Assembly (NCBI GenBank): GCA_951406725.2
Contig: OX597818.1
Span: 147,374,001 to 147,438,000, forward strand
DNA: 64,000 nucleotides
Source: Octopus vulgaris
Taxonomy: Eukaryota
Direction: 5' to 3'
Every line of letters starts with the position of its first letter. The stretch's first letter is position 1. The notes under the pieces are model-generated. The model was not told the origin of the DNA. It saw only the letters and a list, made by a program, of their open reading frames with translations, and did no database searches. This document shows positions 52,689 to 64,000 of the stretch, piece after piece. The translations under genes and the position numbers were made by a program.

Positions 52689-55342
52689 ACATATTGCCCA
52701 TCGGATGCCCCAAATCACACAGGCAAGTTTGAAGATTGCCTCACAATAATTAAAGAAATCCTCATGAATCTGGAACACCACGTGACCATATTTCTTATCG
52801 GTGATTTCAACTTCCCCAACGTCAAATGGCCCGAAGGTCACATACTCTCAGGAATGAATCATTGCAAGAAAGTACAGGTGGAGCCCCTGATCAACCTCAC
52901 CAATGCCTTATTCATGGAGCAAATTGTACTCAAGCCAACTAGGGCGAATAACATTCTGGATCTCTGCTTCACGAACAATATGGACATCATTCATGATATG
53001 AAAGTGACACCGACATCAGTTTCAGATCACAACATAATAGAGCTGTCTATGTTTGGTCCAAAAGTGACCAGAGACATACAGCCTAAAGGAAGCACCCGAA
53101 ATCTCTCCAATCTGAACTTCCATAAAGCAGATTAGAAATCGATCCAAAAAGAGATCCCCAGAGAGGACTGGCCGGAATGTCTCACCACACCAGACATTGA
53201 CATGAAAGTAGAAGGTTTCATGTCTTCTGTGCAAGCCGTATGCCAGAAATATGTCCCAGAGCACAAGGCCAAAACAAATAGGAGCAAGATTCCAAGAGAC
53301 AGGAAGATCCTCATGAGACGATGGACGAAGGTTGCAAATCGTCTCAACCAACATCCCAAAAGTAGCGAAACGTCCCGCCTAAAAACAACACTGATGGAGA
53401 TCGAAAAAAGGCTGCAACAATCCTATGTGAAGGAGAAAGCAGACAAAGAAGCCTGGGTTATAAAAAATATTAAATCAAACCCAAAGGCCTTCTTTCATTA
53501 CGCGAAAGAAACAGTCTCAGTGCACTACAAGATAGGACCCCTCATCCAAAAGGACAACTCCTTCATAGACAGTTCAACTAAGATCAGTGAGATGCTGAAT
53601 AACCAGTTCAAAAGTGTCTTTACCATCCGGTTGGAACACAGACAAGTGAATGAACCAGTGGACTTCTTTGCCGCCTCAACTATAACCAGCGAGGCGGTTA
53701 CAATAGAATGTATTGATATTAGCGAAAAAGATGTTCTACTAGCCATAGATGAAGTGGACACAAACTCAGCTGCTGGTCCAGATGGTTTCCCAGCCATCAT
53801 CCTCATAGCGTGTAAGCATGCCCTGGCAAAACCCCTCAAGATTCTCTTCCAGAGCTTTCTTGCGAATGGCAAACTGCCAAGCAAGCTGAAAGAGAGAATA
53901 ATATGCCCAATACATAAAGGGGGAAGTAGAGCAGATACCCAAAACTATAGGCCTATCTCTCTGACTTCACACATCAGCAAAGTCATGGAACGGATAGTCA
54001 GAAAGAAACTAATCGCATTCCTTGAGGAAAATAACTTGTTGAGTGATACCCAGCATGGTTATCGACCAGTTAGGAGCTGCCTGACCCAGCTCTTACAACA
54101 TTATAACTGGGTGTTGAGGCAGTTACTCAACAAATCAAATGTGGACGTAATCTACCTTGATTTTGCAAAAGCTTTTGACAAGGTGGATAATGGTATGATA
54201 TGCCACAAACTGCGTGACCTCGGCATAGCTGGAAAACTTGGAGTGTGGTTACATGACTTCCTGAAAGATAGGAGTCAGGCAGTAGTGTTTAATGGAGCCA
54301 CCTCTATGAACACACAAATAGTGCGCGGTGTTCCACAGGGCGCTGTCTTGGGACCACTGCTTTTTATAGTGGCCCTCTCAGATATGCCCTCAAATGCCCG
54401 GATAGCCACTCTGGCCAGCTATGCAGACGACACGAAAGTCTCGCGGAAAATACAGAACCCCAGCGATGTTGCACACCTGCAGCAGGAGTTGGACTCAATC
54501 TACAGATGGGCTGAGGATAATAATATACAGTTTAATGCTGAAAAATTCCAGGCCCTGCGCTACCAGCATCCAAACTGAATATTAAACTTACAGGATACAC
54601 CGGTCCACAGGGAATTTCAATCCCAGAGCCTAAGTCTGTGAGGGACCTGGGTATCGACATGAGTGATGATACCTCTTTCCAAGTGCACATTACCAGGATG
54701 GCGACAAAGTGCAGACGACTGGCTAGCCCTAACCCTAACCCTAAGAACATTCAGAACCAGAGATAAGGAAACCATGATGGTCCTCTGGCGGACATTCGTC
54801 CTCTGCCGCCTGGATTACTGCTCACAACTATGGTTACCCACCAGTGTAAAATTAACAGCGGACCTTGAAGCAATCCAGAGAAGATTCACAAAGAAGATCG
54901 TCTCTTTGCAACAGTTTAGCTACTGGGGAAGGTTGAAACAGCTAAGACTCTACTCCCTGGAGAGAAGACGGGAGAGGTATGCAGTAATATATGTCTGGAA
55001 GATCCTGGAAGGAATTGTGCCAAATTTTGGCAATGTAAGCTACACCAATGCTAGAACGGGACGACACTGCATAGTGCCAAAGATCCCAGCAATGCCATCA
55101 CGCTTCAGGACCAGCTTCTGCAACAGCCTGGGTTTCAAGGGCCCACAGCTTTTTAATATTCTCCCAAAGAGTCTGAGGAACTTGCACAAAGTAGATGTAG
55201 CGGTTTTTAAATGAGAGTAGCAATATGAAACTCCATTCTTCACCAAGTGCCACATATTAGACGAGGTTCTTCGCAATAACAGTGCAGCACAAAACGGTGG
55301 TGCATCAGCATGGCCGCAGCTCTGAGCTGAAACAAGAGAAAA
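52686..55342 (+). mobile_element. LINE family A 3' portion (end of APE, RT, 3' UTR)
   Basis: ORFs 52434-53135 (chimeric B/A), 53202-54578 (YADD) and 54663-55214. Confidence 0.92.
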
Positions 55343-55357
55343 AATATAAATATATAA

Positions 55358-55436
<79 letters not shown>

Positions 55437-55438
<2 letters not shown>

Positions 55439-55511
55439 TGGTGCTATTAAGTTAGACATGGCCTGGGCCAATAATGGCCGAAACCTATCAAAGTATCAAA
55501 GTATCAAAGTA
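55437..55511 (+). mobile_element. 75-bp extreme 3' end of LINE subfamily B2
   Basis: GGTGGTGCTATTAAGTTAGACATGGCC...CCT(ATCAAAGT)3, the reverse complement of 31979-32044. Confidence 0.88.
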
Positions 55512-55529
55512 TATATATATATATATATA

Positions 55530-56099
55530 ACAAAATTAGAGAATGGAGAAACATACTTAAATCAGTAAAACATCAACTATCCGATGATACTCAATCCATA
55601 CTTTAATACACCATTACATATGAGTAAAGGCAATATATAAAATGAAATGAGATATACAGTAATAGTAAAAGTAAAAAGATAAAGAGATATAAGTAAAAAA
55701 TTTCAAATATAATATGCAAATAAATCAAAACTGACAGCTGTTTCGGCAGTGAGGACAGTCATACCTCATTTAACCTATAAGCCATAAAGGCAGGTATAAA
55801 TGAGGCATTAACAAGGATGCCCCACGGCCTCTTCAGAGAATTAAATTAAATTTGTTATAATAGTGAAAAATATTATATAATCATATACATATAAATATAA
55901 AAATATAAAAATGTAAAATATAAAAACTTATACATCATAATGCTACACTTATATAATATAATACACATTTGTACAAAAAGGAAGGTAAACAGAACAATAT
56001 AAAACAAAATATATAACAGTGTATATATTAATATTAATAAGTACCGATATTATACATATTTGGCTAATAGTTTTTTTTAGTATTTTTTTATTATTATTA

Positions 56100-56149
<50 letters not shown>

Positions 56150-56809
56150 AGTAATTTTTATTAACTTTTATAGCTTTAGAATTTTATGAACTGTACCACG
56201 GATTTAATTATTATTATTATTTTTCATCTCCATATGTGTTAGCCCTTTTTTTTTTTTATTAAAAAAAACTATTAGCCAAATATGTATAATATCGGTACTT
56301 ATTAATATTAATATATACACTGTTATATATTTTGTTTTATATTGTTCTGTTTACCTTCCTTTTTGTACAAATGTGTATTATATTATATAAGTGTAGCATT
56401 ATGATGTATAAGTTTTTATATTTTACATTTTTATATTTTTATATTTATATGTATATGATTATATAATATTTTTCACTATTATAACAAATTTAATTTAATT
56501 CTCTGAAGAGGCCGTGGGGCATCCTTGTTAATGCCTCATTTATACCTGCCTTTATGGCTTATAGGTTAAATGAGGTATGACTGTCCTCACTGCCGAAACA
56601 GCTGTCAGTTTTGATTTATTTGCATATTATATTTGAAATTTTTTACTTATATCTCTTTATCTTTTTACTTTTACTATTACTGTATATCTCATTTCATTTT
56701 ATATATTGCCTTTACTCATATGTAATGGTGTATTAAAGTATGGATTGAGTATCATCGGATAGTTGATGTTTTACTGATTTAAGTATGTTTCTCCATTCTC
56801 TAATTTTGT
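55530..56809. repeat. Long inverted repeat with 550-bp arms (55530-56079 and 56260-56809) and a 180-bp AT-rich spacer, probably Penelope pLTR-derived
   Basis: The arms are reverse complements wherever checked by eye, and each contains a hammerhead motif. Confidence 0.93.
56497..56612 (+). ncRNA. Type I hammerhead ribozyme motif with extended helix II (mirror copy on the minus strand at ~55727-55842)
   Basis: CTGAAGA (56503-56509), GGC...GCC helix II, GAAA (56595-56598), palindromic CAGCTG helix III, GTC cleavage triplet ending at 56606. Helix I is weak. Confidence 0.72.
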
Positions 56810-56975
56810 AATATTAATTTACGGTAATATTATTACCTTTACCCATTTAATGCAATAGATGAACTGATTGCTTGACAATTTTTAACATCTATGTATTATT
56901 TTTGTTGGGTACCTATCTAGCAGTATATTGGATATATATTATCCCATGGTGGGTTGAATTTTCAACCCCTATCTC

Positions 56976-57023
<48 letters not shown>

Positions 57024-57048
57024 GTGTGTGTGCGTGTATGTATGTATG

Positions 57049-57108
<60 letters not shown>

Positions 57109-57715
57109 AATATATATATATATATATATATATACGTTTGTTCGTATATCCCTCCAACATCGCTTGACAACTTGTGCTGGTGCTTTGACGTCCCCGTAAC
57201 TTAGCGGTTATGGAAAAGAGACTGATCGATTAAATACTAGGCCTACAAAGTATAAGTCCTGGGGTTGATTTGCTCGAATAAAGGGCGCTGCTCCACCATG
57301 GCCACAGTCAAATAACTGAAAAAATGAAGTGAGTAAAATAGAAAATATCGACAAAAGTGCGTATTCTCTTAACTAAATAATCACGGGAGATAACTACAAT
57401 ATATTCTAGAGTTACTTCCCTTAAAGCCTTTAAAAAAAAAAATGAAAGTTTAATATGTAAGTGTGTTTGGTTTTCGCTTGCGGAGGACACACTTGCATTC
57501 GCACAGGAAGAGACAAACATACACATGCAACTTTTCTGCTGCTAACTTAAACGAATAAACATTGACTAGCTTATAATTTACATTTAATTACACCCCACAA
57601 CTATATAAATTACTAACAATATCTAGTACTGCCCTTTGGACTTAATCAGGTTTTCATTTTGTTTTAGATAGTATATATGCGTATGTGGGTATCTACACGT
57701 GTATATGTATGAATG

Positions 57716-57918
<203 letters not shown>

Positions 57919-57934
57919 GTGTATGTATATATGC

Positions 57935-57989
<55 letters not shown>

Positions 57990-57990
<1 letters not shown>

Positions 57991-60900
57991 GTGTCAGGTC
58001 ACTTTAAGTGCTACTGGTAACTTGTAACCCAGTACAACCTGTTGCATGGTCGTGTCGTCGGCGACTAAACTGGCAACCTAGCCAAGCTTGCTTGGTGAGG
58101 AAGGTGTTTATTGGACACCCTGCGGGATGAAAAACAAAACCCGTCAAAGGGCGGAGGAATTCTTGAGAGTCATCAGCCATCCAATAAATGTCTTAAGGCT
58201 GTATCATGCACCGGAAATAATCGGACTGAATACCCGATCGCGCGGTTAAACCATTGGGAGTGAAGGACTCCTAGCCTTTGTTAGGGCATCTATCTAGGAG
58301 AAGGTAACTCAAGTAACTGGGATGACTCTGACATAAAACCTGCGGCTCAGTGGTTACCGATGATGTTGACTTGTTCTTCTTTTCGGATTATGGCTGCTGT
58401 TGCTTAGTGAGTGGGACTGACTCAGTGCACAGCCTTTCCTCACTTTAAAAATAAATCTTCTTGCACAGGCATTGCACGATAACAACATTGATTGATTGAT
58501 TAAATTGATTAACTAATTCATGATTGTTGATGGCGCTGTGAGTCTCAACTGAATGGCTGGCTGTAGCCTTAAAAAGCAAAAAATCAATGATGTACTAAAA
58601 CAGTATAAAAATAAATGGCAGTAAGGACTCTGGAACCACATCAGCTGAAAGAGTTTGGCCCGGCAGGGGCTCCAGAGCATCACAGTCTGAACCCGGCCGT
58701 CAACATGCTGCTGTGATAGAACCAAAGAAAATATTGAATATTGGCTGTTGGAATGTACGGACACTACTTGACCGCAAGTCCACTGAATTTCCTGAAAGAA
58801 GGACTGCGCTTGTTGCGAAGGAGCTTCAACGCTATGATCTTGACGTCGTTGCTTTATCTGAAACGAGATTACCTGGAAATGGTCATCTTACAGAATCTTG
58901 TGGAAAACATACATTCTTTTGGAAAGGGAAGAATGAAGAGTTTAGAGGAGAAGCTGGAGCGGCATTTGCTGATAAGACTACTCTTGTGGACAAGTTGGAA
59001 GAATTCCCAGTCGGAATTAACGAGCGTCTTATGAGAATTCCATTGGTTAAAGGAAATTATATGACCTTGGTGAGTGTGTATGCTCCAACTATGTTCTATA
59101 CTGATGACGAAAAACTTTCTTTCTATCATGATTTGAAGGGAATTATAAGAAATATCCCTCGGGCAGTCATCGTACTGGGTGACTTTAATGCTAGAGTGGG
59201 TAGGGATTTTAACACATGGACTGTAATTGGAAAGCATGGGGTGGGGAAGCGTAATAGTAATGGCATGCTTTTGCTGCAGATGTGTGAGGAGCTGCGTCTG
59301 TGTGTTACCAATACCATGTTTCAACAAAAGAATAATTTTAAGACTACATGGATGCACCCTGCATCCAAAGAATGGCATATTCTGGAATACATCCTTGTTA
59401 GAGTGTGTGACAGACAGGATGTGCAGTGTGATCGTGTTCTTCGTGGAGCTGAGTGTTGGACTGACCACCGCCAAGTACGTGCAAAAGTGAAATTAGTCAC
59501 AAAACATAAAATCCGAGCTGCAGGGATTACCCTGCCTAAAAGACTGGATGTTGATCGTCTTAGGTGTAATAGTGTGAAGAGAACTTTGCGAGAGGAAATG
59601 AATGCTGTAGATATTGGGGAGGATTGGCCAACCCTTAAAAAGTCAGTTTATGATATTGGCAAGAAAGTTCTGGGATTGATATAAAGAAAGCATCAAGATT
59701 GATTAAAAGAAAATGATGAACATATAGATGATTTATTGGCTGATAAAAGACGTACTTTGTCACGCTATTTGTCAGCAAAGCTACAGGAAAGAGAAGTGTT
59801 GCATAGGGAACTCAAGAACGTAAAATCACGTCTGAGGCAAAGGCTCTCAGAGATGAGGGATACATGGTGGAGTAAGAAGGCTGACGAGATACAGGCGGTA
59901 TCATATTCCAATAACACAAAGCTGTAGTATGGTCTCTTGCGAGAAGTTTATGGACCGACGTCTTCCCTGATGACACCACTCCGAAGCAGGGATGGTAAAT
60001 AACTTCTTCGTGATTCACAAGGAATTCTGCGAAGGTGGCAAGAACACTTTGATGAACATTTGATGAACATCTGTAGTTAGTGAGGATGTTCTCAATCTCA
60101 TCCGTGGATTACCCGTGAAGGCAGCACTCGCAGAACCACCAAAGTTGGAAGAAGTTGCAATGGCTGTCTCAATGTTGAATAATAGGAAGTTTCCGGGTAT
60201 GGATGGTATACATGCGGAGTTGTTACAGTATGGCGGTGAGAAACTTCTGCAGAAACTTCACTCTTTGTTTGGTAAGATATGGACTAGTGAATCTGTACGA
60301 GGACTGGAGAGATACAGTAATGGTGGAAGGGAAAGGGCAGCAGGAATGATTGTGGTAATTATAGGAGAGTATCATTGCTGTCTGTTGTAGAAAAGGTTTT
60401 ATGCATGGTACTTCTGGATCGTCTGCTAAAATACGTTGCAGATTGTGTTCTTCCAGAAAGTCAATCTGGCTTTCGTGTGGGATGTGGCACTGCTGATATA
60501 ATCTTTTCAGCTAGACAGCTTCAGGAGAAGTGTGGAACAGGGTCTGGATTTGTATCAGGCTTTTGTAGATCTGACAAAAGCCTTTGATACCGTCAATAGA
60601 AAAGCATTGTGGAAAGTCCTCCAGAAACGTGGGTGTCCTGAAAAGTTCCTTGCTTTGGTTAGGACTTTTCATGAAGACATGAATGGTAGGGTGAATGTTA
60701 GAGGGAAAATGTCGGAGCCCATTGCAATACAAAATGGAAATAGGGGGATATCCTGGCACCGACGCTATTTGCCATATATTTTGCGATGGTGTTCTGTATT
60801 GCATTCAGAAACTGCAGATACGGTGTTTACATCCATTATCGAACCTCTGGCAGCATATTTAATATCAGGCACTTTGCTGCGAAAACAAAGGCATTTACCT

Positions 60901-62147
60901 CTATCATGAGAGACCTTTTGTATGCAGATGATTGTGATCTAGTAGCACACACAGAGATTGATATTTAACACATTTTTAATGCATTCTCTGATGCTTGCAC
61001 TGCCTTAGGATTGACAGTCAATCTCAAGAAAACTGTTGTCATGCATCAACCTGCCTCTGGTAAGCAGTATAGTGTACCAAATATCTATGTGTATCTTAAA
61101 CGACTTGATGTAGTTGATCAGTTTGTCTACCTGGGAAGCACTATTAATAGATATAGCAATTTGGATGATGAAATTCCACATAGAATTAGGAAAGCACGTG
61201 TTGCTTTCGGAAGGGTAGAAAAGCGCCTCTGGAGTCGGCGAGACATATGCAGAAAGACAAAGATAAAGGTGTACAAGGCAAGTGTGCTCCCTTCTCTTCT
61301 CTATGCCTGCGAGACGTGAGTCACATATCGATACCACATTAAACAACTGGAACGTTTCCATCAGATGTGTCTTAGACGGATCTATGGCATTAAGTGGAAG
61401 GACCGCATCAGTGATCTTGAAATATTGGAAGGCTCTCGGTGTGAAAGTGTAGAAGAGCTCTTGTGTTAAAGCGAAGGCTCAGATGGAGTGGTCATCTGGT
61501 CAGGATGAAGGATTCAAGGATGCCAAAACAACTCTTTTATGGAGAGTTAGCTAAAGGAGAACAACCTCCACATAAACCAAAAAAGAGGTATAAGGACTTG
61601 ACGAAGGCTTCCTTAAGAGATGCTTGCATCTCTCCTGACACATGGAGTTATTGATCGTAGCTGGTGGAGAAGGATTGTGCACGAGGGGACAGCCACTTTT
61701 GAGAAATCTCGAGTGGCACATAAGAAAGTAAGGAGGGATGTCAGGAAGCGCATCGCTGTTACACTTCCAGATGGGAAGGGTCTTCCTATGATGCTGACAT
61801 GCAGTGTCTGTGCAAGACCCTGCCTCAGAAAAGCTGGACTCAAGAGTCATCTTCGTAGTCATAAAGCGAGACAGATGAGTGACAACCTGGCCACTGGTGG
61901 TGGTGTAACACACCATACTAATAATATCTGTCGGGCATGCAAAAGAGAGTGTAATTCGGCAGGAGGACTTAAACGACATGCACAGGTACACGAAGCCCAG
62001 TTACAACTACAGCCGGCTATTACCGGTAAAGGTTTTAGTTGCCAATTCTGTACAAGACTGGGCTAAAAAGTCACATTCGATCACACCGCCAGTAACAGTT
62101 AAGCTTCGTGCAATGGCCATACTCGATGATGAGGGGGCAGCCATAAT
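57990..62147 (+). mobile_element. Near full-length RTE-clade LINE (APE, RT, C-terminal C2H2 fingers), multiply disrupted
   Basis: LNIGCWNVRTLLD...PERRTALVAKEL...LSETRL, YAPT, GDFNARVG, FVDLTKAFDTVNR, LLYADD, RLRWSGHLVRM, CSVC..HLRSH and CRAC..HAQVH. ~700-bp 5' UTR. (TA)n on both sides. Confidence 0.93.
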
Positions 62148-62409
62148 ATATGTATATATATATATATATATAGTTGAAATATGTTACAAAAGGAAAATAT
62201 AAAATACACGTGAAAATTTAAGGGGAGAATAACAAAAAATCAACGAAAATGCACATTATAAATAAAAAAGAAAAAGCTTTTTATGAAAGGTAACGACAGA
62301 TATATACTTTTAGATGGGATGAGGTAATAATAAAAGTCATTATTATGAGATGATTAAAAAGTCAGAAAGCAAAGCATACCATGGTTTCGTCATAAGCTAT
62401 TCTTCCCCC

Positions 62410-62555
<146 letters not shown>

Positions 62556-62565
62556 GTATATTATA

Positions 62566-62607
<42 letters not shown>

Positions 62608-62876
62608 TATGTATATAACTACGTATATTATATGCATATATATATATGCATACATATGCATTCAGATCTAGTCAAGTAATTTGCCTCATTTTTTTGTTAA
62701 ATCTAGTTGGAACCGATAGATAAGAGAAAATCATTTGGTCATTATATTTGATTGACTGTAGTTGTTGATGTTTTCGTAGAAGCTATTGGCTTGAAGCAGG
62801 GTTAGGTGTTTATGTAGTTTTCTGATGGTAGTAGGGACAAACAGAGGCACACAATCGTATACATATATACACTTGT

Positions 62877-63880
<1,004 letters not shown>

Positions 63881-64000
63881 AAGTGTGTAAAACAGAAAAT
63901 AACCAGAAAAGTTTATATTCTCTTAACTACATCAGTAAGGGAGATAACTGAAAATCAACTTTTAGAGTTACTTCCCTTGACATATTAATGAAAGACATGA

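Noticed and set aside
52434-53135. Novel fusion gene
   Set aside because: An in-frame rearrangement junction between two dead LINEs, bounded by frameshifts and stops
51321-55511. One LINE-B element spanning 51321-55511, with LINE A inserted in it
   Set aside because: The 51321 fragment matches subfamily B1 but the 55437 tail is B2-type (ATCAAAGT), so independent insertions are more likely. The single-element reading is not fully excluded.

Overview
This is AT-rich, repeat-saturated animal genomic DNA, most likely octopus. That assignment is an inference from the tRNA-derived SINE families and the very long (TA)n, (TAA)n and (CA)n tracts. Nearly every real ORF is a damaged transposon. The retroelements are two R4/Dong-type RLE non-LTR elements beside (TAA)n, several CR1/Jockey-group LINE copies from two families, an RTE LINE with C-terminal C2H2 fingers, a Neptune-like Penelope element, a Gypsy gag-pro relic, a solo LTR and many SINEs. 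The DNA elements are a hAT element, a MITE and Helitrons. The only host-gene signal found is one 141-bp phase-1/phase-1 exon (18758-18898) encoding the start of a Ly6/uPAR three-finger (quiver/sleepless-like) domain, so most of the window may be intronic. The most notable structures are: (1) a ~4.2-kb array of ~200 x 21 bp that grew out of the A-box region of a single SINE; (2) a 1.28-kb fold-back with 550-bp arms, each carrying a hammerhead ribozyme motif with a very long helix II; (3) Penelope terminal repeats with a variant-core minimal hammerhead; (4) an old tandem unit whose SINE-internal (TA)n tracts were inflated by nested insertions; (5) a 4.1-kb copied segment inside a LINE, with microhomology junctions and a ~125-bp duplication; (6) a (TTAGGG)3 scar inside a LINE; (7) a 3' tail shared between a SINE and a LINE. 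All alignments were made by eye, so coordinates are approximate unless a motif is quoted.
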